Source: a virus
Length of the DNA: 64,000 bases
Virus record (IMG/VR): IMGVR_UViG_3300007960_000015
Location: 15,507 to 79,506 of that record
Direction: 5' to 3' (one strand)
This document shows, piece by piece, positions 37,724 to 48,031 of this stretch. Below the pieces are notes generated by a model. That model made no database searches. It was not told where the DNA came from and worked only from the letters and a program-made list of their open reading frames with translations. The translations under genes were made by a program, and so were the position numbers. Each line of letters starts with the position of its first letter. The stretch's first letter is position 1.

Positions 37724-38110
37724 ATGGAGCATAAGGATTTAAGCGCACTGGAAATAGAATTAGCAGTATTGCAAAGGGATGTGAAGAATTACGAGAATAA
37801 AAAAGCGGAAGTCCCCAATTGGGTTAAGAACTCTTCTGCGGCAATTATATTAGCTATTTTCACACAAACAATAGCTTCAGTTTGGTGGGCTTCGGCTATA
37901 ACCGCCAATGTAGACAATCTACGAAAAGAGGTTAGACTAAATACAGAGTTTAGATTATTGTTTCCTAAAATGAAAGAAGACATAATGATCGAATTGAATA
38001 AACTGGGATCACAAAATAGTCATTTATCTGAAAAAATTGATACAATTAAAGGCATAGTTATTGGTCCTGATAGTGGCCATAATTTTAAAATCACCCCATT
38101 AACGGAATAA
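37724..38110 (+). CDS. Hypothetical membrane/coiled-coil protein
   Basis: Central TM (AAIILAIFTQTIASVWWAS) flanked by coiled coils. Confidence 0.5.
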   Translation: MEHKDLSALEIELAVLQRDVKNYENKKAEVPNWVKNSSAAIILAIFTQTIASVWWASAITANVDNLRKEVRLNTEFRLLFPKMKEDIMIELNKLGSQNSHLSEKIDTIKGIVIGPDSGHNFKITPLTE

Positions 38111-38114
38111 ATTT

Positions 38115-39536
38115 ATGAAATCATTTACTGAATCATTAAAAGGCGATAAAGAAGCATACCAGGCATTTTTTAAAAAAGCACTAAAGAAGTTTGGTGTTGA
38201 TGAACCTGATCAATTATCTGGCGATAAGAAAAAGGAATTTTTTAATTACGTAGATAAAAATTGGAAGGCTGATAATGAGACAGATGTAGATGAGGGACTT
38301 TCTCCACTTTCTAAAGGCACTAGAAAACACATCGACCGTGTTCGTGATGATAATAATGAAAGATTAAAAAAGTTAAGAGCATCGAAGAGAAAGAAGAATC
38401 CTACTTTCATGGACAAGTTTAAAAAAGGATTTAAAAAAGAAGATTTAGATTTAGACGAAGCACTTAACAAAGATTGGATTAAAGCAGTAAATAATCTCAG
38501 TAAGAAAATGGGTGCGAGTGTTGCTAAGTCATCTAAAGGTGGTATTATTCCTTTCGCATCAAGAGTTGGTAAAACTACTAATATTGGTTATACTGATTCT
38601 AAAGGAAAGAGACATGTAGTATTCTCTACTGATAAACCATTATCTAATAAAGAAGAAGATAAAATGATGGCTGATATTCGTAAGAAGTTTGCGATTAAGG
38701 AAGCAAGAGTACCAAGTGATGATAACTTTAAAGGCGCTGGTTATTCTGGTGAAAAGGGTTTCAAAAATAAAGCAGTAGCATCGAGAGGTGGTTCGACTGC
38801 TGGAAGAAATCGTAGTCGAGCAGCACAGAGAAAAGCACAAGAAGGTATGATAGATGCCGCTATAAAACAAGATCTAAAAGCTTTTAGGAAACATGCTGTA
38901 GCAATGTCTAAAAGTATAGCATCGCAGACTAAACAAAAAGAACCAATCCAAACAATGTGGACTAAAGAAAAAGCAAAAGCATTGAAAGACGGAACTTGGT
39001 TTAAGATGAGTTACCAACAACAGAAAAAGATAGAGGGTGACAAACCAAGATATGAACCTTTTGATTGGGGTCAAAGAGAATCGGTAGAAGATATGAATAA
39101 ATTAAATGAAGCTTTTGATGTTCCGAACATAGATTATTCAAAATTAAAAGACTATAAAGGTTTCCAGAATATTAACATCAACAAGATGATTAAGGCAAAT
39201 AATTTCGCTAAGTTTAATGTAAAGACAATACAAGATGTTATTGTTTGGTTAAACATGGTTGCGATGCAATGGAAAGCAGGTAATCTGAAAGAAGAAGTTG
39301 AAATCGAAGAAGCAGTGGCAGTTGATATGAGAACTAAAGGTTATAAGGAAGCGGTGAAGAGAGCTTTACTAAAGAAAAAGAAATGTAAGAAAGATACTTA
39401 TGAAGTAAAGAATGATGATGTTTTGGAAATCGATGGTGTTTCTTCAAAGCCTAAGACAGAGGATGTGACTACAGCTAATGTAGCAACAACCCCTAAACCA
39501 TTATCAACAATGCGCCGTAAGAAGAAAGATTACTAG
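38115..39536 (+). CDS. Lys-rich hypothetical protein, possibly internal head/core protein
   Basis: Basic segments separated by acidic xxE-A/G linkers. Confidence 0.5.
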   Translation: MKSFTESLKGDKEAYQAFFKKALKKFGVDEPDQLSGDKKKEFFNYVDKNWKADNETDVDEGLSPLSKGTRKHIDRVRDDNNERLKKLRASKRKKNPTFMDKFKKGFKKEDLDLDEALNKDWIKAVNNLSKKMGASVAKSSKGGIIPFASRVGKTTNIGYTDSKGKRHVVFSTDKPLSNKEEDKMMADIRKKFAIKEARVPSDDNFKGAGYSGEKGFKNKAVASRGGSTAGRNRSRAAQRKAQEGMIDAAIKQDLKAFRKHAVAMSKSIASQTKQKEPIQTMWTKEKAKALKDGTWFKMSYQQQKKIEGDKPRYEPFDWGQRESVEDMNKLNEAFDVPNIDYSKLKDYKGFQNININKMIKANNFAKFNVKTIQDVIVWLNMVAMQWKAGNLKEEVEIEEAVAVDMRTKGYKEAVKRALLKKKKCKKDTYEVKNDDVLEIDGVSSKPKTEDVTTANVATTPKPLSTMRRKKKDY

Positions 39537-39544
39537 ATTATGAA

Positions 39545-41188
39545 ATGGCTAGCGCAGCAAGAATAGGGGATACAGTATCCGTACATGAATGTGGTGTAAC
39601 CCCTACAGCAGCAACTGGTTCTCCAAATGTTTTTATTAATGGCATAGCTGCCCATAGAGTTGGGGATACAAATACTGCTCATCCATATGCTCCTGTTACC
39701 TGTCCAACGCATGAAACCGCGTTAACATCAGGTTCACCAAATGTATTTGTTAATGGACAACCATTAGGCAGAGTTGGTGATCCTTATTCCTGTGGAATAA
39801 CTGTAACGTCAGGATCCCCTAATGTTCTTATAAACGAATCATACACACCAACTAAAACATCAGAACCTCTGATGAGGAGTTATACCGCATCTAAACTTAA
39901 TGTATTAGAGATGATAGCGGCTCTTACTATTTTCAATCAAGTAAAAGAACATAGTCAACTTACTAAAACACAAAGAAATGATGTTTTGGTAGGAGGTGTA
40001 TTTAAAACTGTTAAAGAATATAATGATCAAATTGATGAAGTATTAAGTAGACAACCACAATACGCTAAAGATATACAATCATTTAGAGGTGCCCAAGGAG
40101 CTTATGTTAAAGGAAAGTGGATTCCATATGAGGAATTCATAACAAAATATAAAGATCAAATAGATAATTTTGGCAGATTAAATAGACAGAGGCGATCTTT
40201 GCACGAAAAAATGTATGAATTTGATGCGACTACCAAAACATTAAAGCTTAAATCAGATATTGCATTAATACAAGCACAATATAGAACAATAAGCGATCTT
40301 ATGATGGAAACTCAGAAGGTTATGATCGATAACATGCACCATCAAAACATTGCTGATGTATTATGGAAACATTCCTCTATTGTATTAGACAAGCCAATAA
40401 TTATTGAAAGAATTCATAAGTTATATGACACATCTTTTGAAGATAATGCTAGTAAGCCTATAAAGAATGCTTCAACATATTCTGCCACAGTCGTGGATGC
40501 AAAGGATATTGAGGTGGGTAAAGAAAAAATGTTCTTTATTATACCAGCAGGCTCTAAGGTTATTCATACCGGAGGTTTATCTGATTTTGCTGAAATACTA
40601 GTATCTGGTGATACTCTTAATGCTGCTAAAATTAAAATGAATGGTACAGTGTATGCCGCATTAAACACATTACAAGATGGTAAATTATTAGATTCTGAAA
40701 CTATTAAAGAGATAAGAGACATATACGTTTCCAGAAATAATTCAGAGCCTCCGAAATGGTGGGCGGATTTAATGGATGATGTTGAAAATACTCCTAATAA
40801 ATCATGGAGGCTTAATTTATTATTAGTAGTATTAACAGGTACTACGTCTTGGTTTAGTGATAACGAAGAATATTGGGATATTTGGAAGTCTAGTGATATG
40901 AAACAACTTAACAGTGCCTTAACCAAATATTATGGAGAGTCCACTTGGAATATGGCTCAATTTGGTAATACCGATATACCATTTCATGATAGAATGGATA
41001 ATCTAGCATTAGCTATGTTTGTACAAACAGTAGATGTTCTTTCTACGCTTCCATTTGCCGCATTTGGTGCTGCAGAAAAATATATTTGGGAAGATAATAT
41101 TGTTGAGGGCTGGATATATTTAATGGAAGGTTTAGGTGATTTAGAGGAAGCAATAGAAGATTTATTGACTCCTCCTGAGGGTTGGTAA
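39545..41188 (+). CDS. PAAR spike-tip protein (gp5.4-like) with ~450 aa C-terminal extension
   Basis: AARIGD, GSPNVFING.AAHRVGD, GSPNVFVNGQPLGRVGD..SCG repeats with His/Cys metal ligands in the first ~97 aa. Confidence 0.85.
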   Translation: MASAARIGDTVSVHECGVTPTAATGSPNVFINGIAAHRVGDTNTAHPYAPVTCPTHETALTSGSPNVFVNGQPLGRVGDPYSCGITVTSGSPNVLINESYTPTKTSEPLMRSYTASKLNVLEMIAALTIFNQVKEHSQLTKTQRNDVLVGGVFKTVKEYNDQIDEVLSRQPQYAKDIQSFRGAQGAYVKGKWIPYEEFITKYKDQIDNFGRLNRQRRSLHEKMYEFDATTKTLKLKSDIALIQAQYRTISDLMMETQKVMIDNMHHQNIADVLWKHSSIVLDKPIIIERIHKLYDTSFEDNASKPIKNASTYSATVVDAKDIEVGKEKMFFIIPAGSKVIHTGGLSDFAEILVSGDTLNAAKIKMNGTVYAALNTLQDGKLLDSETIKEIRDIYVSRNNSEPPKWWADLMDDVENTPNKSWRLNLLLVVLTGTTSWFSDNEEYWDIWKSSDMKQLNSALTKYYGESTWNMAQFGNTDIPFHDRMDNLALAMFVQTVDVLSTLPFAAFGAAEKYIWEDNIVEGWIYLMEGLGDLEEAIEDLLTPPEGW

Positions 41189-41189
41189 T

Positions 41190-41930
41190 ATGAGCAATTG
41201 GTTTTTAGATTATTTTACATCAGCTGTTACTTCTCGTATTTTTCCTCCGAAGAAATTAAATGCTTGTAAGAAGAGCGATAACGCTTTAAAATATTCTGGT
41301 CAATTATTTGGTAGATATACTAGATTCGCTATAATGCTTACTTACGATTCATTAATGAGAAGAAATAAATTAGTGGATGTTTCTTACGATGAATTTGAAT
41401 CTAATATGCTTTGGATGTTATCGGTTATTGTAGATGTAGAAAATGAACCTTGGGAATGGACATTAGCTAATAAGACATCAGGAGCTTATGGGTATTTTCA
41501 AATATTAAATGTTGATTGGTTTCAAACCTCATTAAACAGAATGAATAATCAAATTGAAGCAGCTGCAAAATATAATAATAGAGATTGGTATATGCCAAAA
41601 TTTGAATTTAAGTTACCTTTGGCTATGGAACAAATACAAAGAGATTTAGATGAGAAAAAGACAAAGGAATACATTATTGATGTTAGAAATCCAGATTTAA
41701 TTTCAGCGTTAGTAGTATCACATATAGCAGAAGCATCAGGGACAGATGAGGCATTAATAGGTCTTCAAACAAATCCTGTCGATTCAGCTAAAATTGCTTA
41801 TTATAGAGGTCATCATTTAGATGCTACGTTAATTAATAAATCTAATGCACAATTATTAAATGGTAAGGCTTTCTCTAGTAAAAATAAATCAGTTTACACC
41901 AATGTTGAATCAAAAATCAAATGCTTATAA
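41190..41930 (+). CDS. Putative lytic transglycosylase/lysozyme-like protein
   Basis: IVDVEN...N..SGAYGYFQI resembles the SLT catalytic Glu and GxxQ motifs. Confidence 0.45.
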   Translation: MSNWFLDYFTSAVTSRIFPPKKLNACKKSDNALKYSGQLFGRYTRFAIMLTYDSLMRRNKLVDVSYDEFESNMLWMLSVIVDVENEPWEWTLANKTSGAYGYFQILNVDWFQTSLNRMNNQIEAAAKYNNRDWYMPKFEFKLPLAMEQIQRDLDEKKTKEYIIDVRNPDLISALVVSHIAEASGTDEALIGLQTNPVDSAKIAYYRGHHLDATLINKSNAQLLNGKAFSSKNKSVYTNVESKIKCL

Positions 41931-41933
41931 ATA
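41926..41933 (+). promoter_or_regulatory. T4 late promoter TATAAATA
   Basis: Exact consensus upstream of gp13. Confidence 0.75.
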
Positions 41934-41957
41934 ACTGTATAAAATTAAGGAATTATT

Positions 41958-42698
41958 ATGGCTAAGGTAACCAGTAGAGCAGAATTGGCAGATCATGCTT
42001 TAAGAGCATTGGGTGCACCTGTAATCGAAATTAATGTAGATCCAGATCAAGTAGAAGATAGAATTGATGATGCTATTCAATATTATCAAGAATATCATAC
42101 TGATGCTGTTATCAGGAACTATCGTAAACACCAGTTAACTGCCACAGATATTACTAACTCATATATTGATACCCCGGATTCTGTATTGACTGTTATGCGT
42201 GTTTTAGACTTTGGCAATAGCAATATTAATTTGGAATTTAATGTAGAATATCAGATGAGACTTCATGACATTATGACTTGGGGTGCTTCTGGTAATTTAC
42301 AATTATATGATCAAAGAATGCAACATTTAAATCTGATTGATCATAGATTAAATTCAGCTGAATTATTAAGATTTAATAGGCATATGAATCGCCTTCATGT
42401 AGATCAGGGTTTTGGCGGTTTAGAAGCTGGAGATTATATTGTAATAGAAACTATAGAATCAATCGATCCGGAGCAATACAGTGACGTATATAATGATATG
42501 TTTTTAAAGAGATACGTTACTGCCCTAATTAAAAGACAGTGGGGTGCTAACATGAGTAAGTTTGAAGGTATGCAATTACCTGGTGGAGTTACTATGAATG
42601 GCCTTGAAATATATAATCAAGCAAATGAAGAAATTATGAGAATCGAAGAGGAAATGATTTTGAATTGGTCAGAGCCCGACACATTCCTCATGGGGTAA
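41958..42698 (+). CDS. gp13: Neck protein gp13
   Basis: LRALGAPVIEINV..DQVEDRID, KRQWGANMSKFEGMQLPGG; synteny. Confidence 0.92.
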   Translation: MAKVTSRAELADHALRALGAPVIEINVDPDQVEDRIDDAIQYYQEYHTDAVIRNYRKHQLTATDITNSYIDTPDSVLTVMRVLDFGNSNINLEFNVEYQMRLHDIMTWGASGNLQLYDQRMQHLNLIDHRLNSAELLRFNRHMNRLHVDQGFGGLEAGDYIVIETIESIDPEQYSDVYNDMFLKRYVTALIKRQWGANMSKFEGMQLPGGVTMNGLEIYNQANEEIMRIEEEMILNWSEPDTFLMG

Positions 42699-42701
42699 TA
42701 A

Positions 42702-43622
42702 ATGAAAAATGTTTACTTTTCTGGCAATGTAGTATCTGAACAAGATTTATATGAAGATTTAATTATTGAATCTATGCAAATCTATGGACAGGATATTGTC
42801 TATATTCCAAGACAAGAAATATCCTTGGATGAGATATTAAATGAATCTTATTCAAAATTCACCGATTCATACGTTGTTGAAATGTACATTGAAAATGTGG
42901 ATGGATTTGAAGGTGAAGGTGATCTTCTTACTAAATTTGGTTTAGAAATTAGAGATCAAGCCACATTTATTGTTGCCAAGAGAAGGTGGGAAAAACAGGT
43001 AGGTGCTTATTTATCACCGGCAACAGGTAACTCTGATTCATTCAGACCTATGGAAGGTGATTTATTATATCTTCCAATGTCTAATTCAATATTTGAAATT
43101 AAGTTTGTTGAACATGAACAGCCTTTCTATCAGTTACAAAATCTTCCAGTATATAAATTACAAGCTGAATTATTTGAATATAATGATCAGCAATTTGATA
43201 CTGATATTCCTGGTATTGATAAGTTAGAAACTAATTATGCCACTTCATACACTTATATTATGGCAGCAGGTGCTGGTGATTATGAGATTGGTGAGACGGT
43301 TAGACAATGGACTGGAAATAATGATATAAATGGTGATCCAATTTATATTGAAGGTGAAGTTGCTGCTTGGGAAGATATGGGAGCATCCTCAGGTAATCTT
43401 ACAGTTGTTTCATTAACTAGTGAAGGTAAATTTAGACAATTATATGTAGACGTTAATAATCCAGTTACAGGTACAGAATCTGGTGCTTCATATAATGTAT
43501 TAAGTTTGAAAACAGACGTAACAAATTTCAATAGAGATCCTTTAGCGGATAACGATGCTATTAATTTTGAAGCAGATGATATTATAGACTTTACTGAAAC
43601 AAATCCATTTGGAGAATTTTAA
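42702..43622 (+). CDS. gp14: Neck protein gp14
   Basis: EQDLYEDLIIES.QIYG.D..YIPR, RPMEGDLLY, FTETNPFGEF. Confidence 0.92.
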   Translation: MKNVYFSGNVVSEQDLYEDLIIESMQIYGQDIVYIPRQEISLDEILNESYSKFTDSYVVEMYIENVDGFEGEGDLLTKFGLEIRDQATFIVAKRRWEKQVGAYLSPATGNSDSFRPMEGDLLYLPMSNSIFEIKFVEHEQPFYQLQNLPVYKLQAELFEYNDQQFDTDIPGIDKLETNYATSYTYIMAAGAGDYEIGETVRQWTGNNDINGDPIYIEGEVAAWEDMGASSGNLTVVSLTSEGKFRQLYVDVNNPVTGTESGASYNVLSLKTDVTNFNRDPLADNDAINFEADDIIDFTETNPFGEF

Positions 43623-44350
43623 TGTTTGGTGATCATTGGTATAACGAATCAACTAGAAGAATGGTATCTGTATTTGGATCTCTATTCTCTAATATTTCAG
43701 TAAAGAAATATAATTCTGCTGGTGATGAATTGCAAACTACAAAAGTACCTTTGGCGTACGGACCTCGTCAAAAATTCTTAGCTAGGATGTCTGATTTAAC
43801 AGATACTAAAATGGCTATTAAATTGCCAAGGATGAGTTTTGAAATTGTTGATATGACTTACGATGGGGCGGCAAGAATTAATAAAACTAAAGTATATGCT
43901 AAGGTAGATCCGAATGATCCTAAAAATAGAAAATCATTAGGAGCTCCAGCAGTATATAAAGTTGGTTTTGAATTAAATATTATGGCTAAGGCTCAAGATG
44001 AGGCTTTACAAATTCTAGAACAAATTCTTCCAGTATTTCAACCAGACTTTACCGTAACTATTAAAGATATTCCTGATTTAGATTTAACAAGTGATGTACC
44101 GATTGTATTAACAGGTGTAACGTTAAATGATGAATATGAAGGTGACTTCTTATCGAGAAGAGCTGTAATATACACATTAACCTTTGAAACAAGAATTAGA
44201 TATTATAGAGGTATTCAAGATAGAGGTATTATTGAGAAGACCGAAGTATATTATTTAGATTCTGAATCCAGAGAAAATATTGAGGTACAGAAAGTAGACG
44301 GAACTACAGTACCATACACTGAAACTATTGACTTTTTTAATGAGCCGTAA
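43622..44350 (+). CDS. gp15: Tail sheath stabilizer/terminator gp15
   Basis: FGSLFSNI, VPLAYGPRQKF, LPRMSFE, QILEQILPVFQP. Confidence 0.92.
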   Translation: MFGDHWYNESTRRMVSVFGSLFSNISVKKYNSAGDELQTTKVPLAYGPRQKFLARMSDLTDTKMAIKLPRMSFEIVDMTYDGAARINKTKVYAKVDPNDPKNRKSLGAPAVYKVGFELNIMAKAQDEALQILEQILPVFQPDFTVTIKDIPDLDLTSDVPIVLTGVTLNDEYEGDFLSRRAVIYTLTFETRIRYYRGIQDRGIIEKTEVYYLDSESRENIEVQKVDGTTVPYTETIDFFNEP

Positions 44351-44352
44351 TT

Positions 44353-44697
44353 ATGAGTGATTTAGATGATGATTATAAAAATATAAGAAAGAATTTATAT
44401 GATTTAGCCGCACAAGGTGATGAGGCTATTCAATTAATGATGGAGTTAGCTAGGGAATCAGAACATCCCAGAGCATTTGAAGTTCTCGGTCAACTAATAA
44501 AGCAAAATGCTGAAATTAGCGAGAAATTAATGAAGTTACAAAAACAAACCAAAGAAGTTAAAAATGTTGGAAGTCTATCTAATACTGGCGGCAATGATTC
44601 TATCACTAATAATAATATCTTTGTAGGATCTACTACTGATTTACAAAGAATATTACGCGATGAAACAGTGATTGAACATGACGACAACCAGACCTGA
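44353..44697 (+). CDS. gp16: Terminase small subunit gp16
   Basis: ARESEHPRAFEV, NNNIFVGSTTDLQ. Confidence 0.9.
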   Translation: MSDLDDDYKNIRKNLYDLAAQGDEAIQLMMELARESEHPRAFEVLGQLIKQNAEISEKLMKLQKQTKEVKNVGSLSNTGGNDSITNNNIFVGSTTDLQRILRDETVIEHDDNQT

Positions 44698-46237
44698 ATC
44701 ATATCTAGGGAACGCCCAAGTTAAGAGAGACGGTGTTTCACAGAATTGGACTAAAGAAGATATACTTGAATATAAGAAGTGTATGGAAGATCCTGTACAC
44801 TTCGCAGAAACCTATTGTAAAGTAATATCTTTGGATGATGGTTTAGTTCCATTCAAATTATATCCTTATCAAAAAGAAATGTTTAAACATTTCAATGATA
44901 ATAGATTTTCTATTGTTCTTGCATGTAGACAATCCGGTAAGTCTATATCTACTGTGGCTTATCTTTTATGGTACGCAATATTTAAATCAGAACAGACTAT
45001 TGCTGTATTAGCTAATAAAGGTTCTACAGCTAGAGAAATGTTAGCACGTATAACATTAATGTTAGAGAATCTTCCATTCTTCTTACAACCGGGTTGTAAG
45101 GCATTAAATAAAGGTTCGATAGAATTTTCAAATAATAGTCGTGTTGTTGCAGCTGCAACTTCTGGTTCTTCTATTCGTGGTATGTCTATTAACTTATTGT
45201 ATCTCGATGAGTTTGCTTTCGTAGAAAATGCTACTGAATTTTATACTTCAACTTATCCTGTAATTTCAGCTGGTAAATCTACTAAAGTTATTATTACTTC
45301 TACAGCAAATGGTTTAGGAAACATATATCATAAGTTATATGAAGGAGCTGTGCAAGGTACAAATGAATTTAAACCATTCAGAGTAGATTGGTGGGATGTC
45401 CCTGGTAGAGATGATGAATGGAAACGCATGACTATTGCTAATACTTCCGAATTACAATTCGATCAGGAATTCGGCAATAATTTCCAGGGTACTGGTAATA
45501 CTTTAATTAATGCAGAAACATTATTAGCATTAAAGTCAGTAGAGCCTAATTCTATTCATAATAATGTTAGAATATATGAAGATCCAATAGAGGGCCATCA
45601 TTATTTAATGTTTGTTGATGTATCCAAAGGTAGAGGACAAGATTATTCTACATTTAATATTATTGATGTTTCTGCAAAACCCTTTAAACAAGTAGCGGTA
45701 TTTCAAGATAATATGATATCACCTTTATTATTTCCTGATGTTATATACAAATATGCAAGTTATTATAATGAAGGTTATGTAGTAATTGAATCTAATGATC
45801 AAGGGGCAGTTGTTTGCAATGGTTTATATTATGACTTAGAATATGAGAATGTTTATGTAGAATCCATGGTAAAGGCTAATGCTATTGGTGTTACTATGAC
45901 AAGAAAGATTAAAAGAGTCGGTTGTGCCACGATTAAAGATATTTTAGAGCAGAATAAAGTAGAAATTGTAGATGGGAATACTATTCATGAAATGTCAACG
46001 TTTGTTGCTAGAGGTTCTAGTTATGAAGCTGAACCAGGTAATTATGATGATTTAATGATGAATCTAGTATTGTTTGGATGGTTTACTACAACACCATTTT
46101 TTCAAGAAGCCACTGATGTTAATATGAAAAATATGTTATATGCTGAGAAAGCAAAACAAATTGAAGATGATTTAATACCTGTTGGTATTATGCCCGAATC
46201 TGAACAAGATGATGGCTGGGTAGTATGGGAAGGATAG
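44678..46237 (+). CDS. gp17: Terminase large subunit gp17
   Basis: RQSGKS Walker A, LYLDEFAF Walker B, DVSKGRGQDYS nuclease motif, DDLMM. Confidence 0.96.
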   Translation: MTTTRPESYLGNAQVKRDGVSQNWTKEDILEYKKCMEDPVHFAETYCKVISLDDGLVPFKLYPYQKEMFKHFNDNRFSIVLACRQSGKSISTVAYLLWYAIFKSEQTIAVLANKGSTAREMLARITLMLENLPFFLQPGCKALNKGSIEFSNNSRVVAAATSGSSIRGMSINLLYLDEFAFVENATEFYTSTYPVISAGKSTKVIITSTANGLGNIYHKLYEGAVQGTNEFKPFRVDWWDVPGRDDEWKRMTIANTSELQFDQEFGNNFQGTGNTLINAETLLALKSVEPNSIHNNVRIYEDPIEGHHYLMFVDVSKGRGQDYSTFNIIDVSAKPFKQVAVFQDNMISPLLFPDVIYKYASYYNEGYVVIESNDQGAVVCNGLYYDLEYENVYVESMVKANAIGVTMTRKIKRVGCATIKDILEQNKVEIVDGNTIHEMSTFVARGSSYEAEPGNYDDLMMNLVLFGWFTTTPFFQEATDVNMKNMLYAEKAKQIEDDLIPVGIMPESEQDDGWVVWEG

Positions 46238-46242
46238 GAATG

Positions 46243-46250
46243 TATAAATA
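46243..46250 (+). promoter_or_regulatory. T4 late promoter TATAAATA
   Basis: Exact consensus upstream of gp18. Confidence 0.8.
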
Positions 46251-46311
46251 AGTGTATTGAAATATACGTATTATGAATAACATATTAAATCTTGATTTAG
46301 GAGAATAACAC

Positions 46312-48030
46312 ATGGCCTTTTTAGTTTCACCTGGTGTACAGGTAAAAGAAATTGACCTTACTAATGTTGTTCCGGCTGTATCATCTTCGATTGGTGCAAT
46401 TGCAGGCTCATTTCAATGGGGTCCGGCAGATGTTATCCAGACGGTTGGTTCAGAAGAGCAATTAGTTTCGGTTTTTGGGAAGCCGAATGATGACACTTTT
46501 AGTACATTTTTAACAGCTTCTCAATTTTTAGCATATGCGAACACTTTAAGAGTAGTTCGTAAGGTTGGATCATCCGCACTAAATGCTGGTGACGGTGGTT
46601 CAGGTTCATTAATTAAAAACGATGACGACGCTCAGGTATATTCAGGCGTTGATAATCTAGTAGCAAAATATCCAGGCGTAATTGGTAACTCAATTATCGT
46701 TGAAATTTGTCCTGCTGATTCAGGTGCCTTCGCGGGTTGGGCCAGTAAAGACAATTTTAACTCTGCTCCGGGTACTTCAGCACAAGCAGAAGCATTTAAC
46801 TGTTCAAATGACGAAATGCATATCGTAGTTGCTGACGCTAATGGTGTAATTACAGGTGCTGCAGGTACAATTCTTGAGACATATTCATATGTTTCTCAAG
46901 CTTCAGATGCGAAATCATCAGATGGTACTTCAAACTACTGGAAGAATGTAATTAACACACAATCTAATTGGATTCGTGTAACAACAGCATTCACAAGTGA
47001 GTTTGCAGATTCTGGTACTGCATTTACGGCAATGGGTGGTACAACTGGTAACGTTGTGGCTTATAATACAGCTCCTGCATCAGCTGGTGCTGGTTCTACA
47101 TCTGATACTACTTTATCTGGTGGTGTTTCCGACGATACTCTAACTGTTGGTTTGGTTACTGATGGTATGGATATGTTTGGCGATGCTGAAACAGTAGAGA
47201 TTTCACTATTAATGAATGGTGCTGATCTTTCTGGTGCAGATCATATAACAGCTTGTAATAAGGCAATTGCAATTGCTGAAGGTCGTAAAGACACTGTTGC
47301 ATTTGTTTCACCTAATACTTCAGATAGTATTTCAAATCCAAATGCTGCTACTGATATTATTACATGGAGATCATCGTTAACTTCATCTTCATACGCATTT
47401 GCTGATTCTTCAGCTTTGTATGTTTATGATAAGTACAACGATACTTACCGTTGGGTTCCTGCTTCAGGTTCAATGGCTGGTCTTGCTGCTAACGCAGATC
47501 TAGTTGCTGATGCTTGGTTTAGTCCAGCTGGTTTTACTCGTGGTAATATTAGAAATGTAACTAAATTGGCATTCAATCCTAAACAAGCAGAAAGAGACGA
47601 TCTATATAAGAATGGTATTAATCCTCTGGTTTCATTCCCGGGTGCTGGTACTCTTTTATATGGTGATAAGACTCTACAATATAAAGCTTCTGCATTTGAT
47701 AGAATCAATGTTCGCAGATTGTTCATCGTTCTTGAGAAAGCTATTTCAAGAGCTTCTAAAGCGTCTTTATTTGAATTCAATGATGAGTTCACAAGAGCAC
47801 AATTTAGAAATATGGTTGAGCCATTCTTAAGGGATGTTAAGGGTAGACGTGGTGTTACAGACTTTAAAGTAGTTTGTGATGACACTAATAATACTGGTGA
47901 TATTATCGATACTAATCGTTTTGTTGCTGATATTTACATCAAACCTGCACGTTCTATTAACTTTATAACATTAAACTTCATCGCTACTAGAACTGGTGTT
48001 GAGTTTAGTGAAATTGCAGGAGGTAACTAA
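46312..48030 (+). CDS. gp18: Tail sheath protein gp18
   Basis: SPGVQVKEIDLT, WFSPAGFTRG, FDRINVRRLF, IKPARSINFITLNF. Confidence 0.96.
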   Translation: MAFLVSPGVQVKEIDLTNVVPAVSSSIGAIAGSFQWGPADVIQTVGSEEQLVSVFGKPNDDTFSTFLTASQFLAYANTLRVVRKVGSSALNAGDGGSGSLIKNDDDAQVYSGVDNLVAKYPGVIGNSIIVEICPADSGAFAGWASKDNFNSAPGTSAQAEAFNCSNDEMHIVVADANGVITGAAGTILETYSYVSQASDAKSSDGTSNYWKNVINTQSNWIRVTTAFTSEFADSGTAFTAMGGTTGNVVAYNTAPASAGAGSTSDTTLSGGVSDDTLTVGLVTDGMDMFGDAETVEISLLMNGADLSGADHITACNKAIAIAEGRKDTVAFVSPNTSDSISNPNAATDIITWRSSLTSSSYAFADSSALYVYDKYNDTYRWVPASGSMAGLAANADLVADAWFSPAGFTRGNIRNVTKLAFNPKQAERDDLYKNGINPLVSFPGAGTLLYGDKTLQYKASAFDRINVRRLFIVLEKAISRASKASLFEFNDEFTRAQFRNMVEPFLRDVKGRRGVTDFKVVCDDTNNTGDIIDTNRFVADIYIKPARSINFITLNFIATRTGVEFSEIAGGN

Positions 48031-48031
48031 A

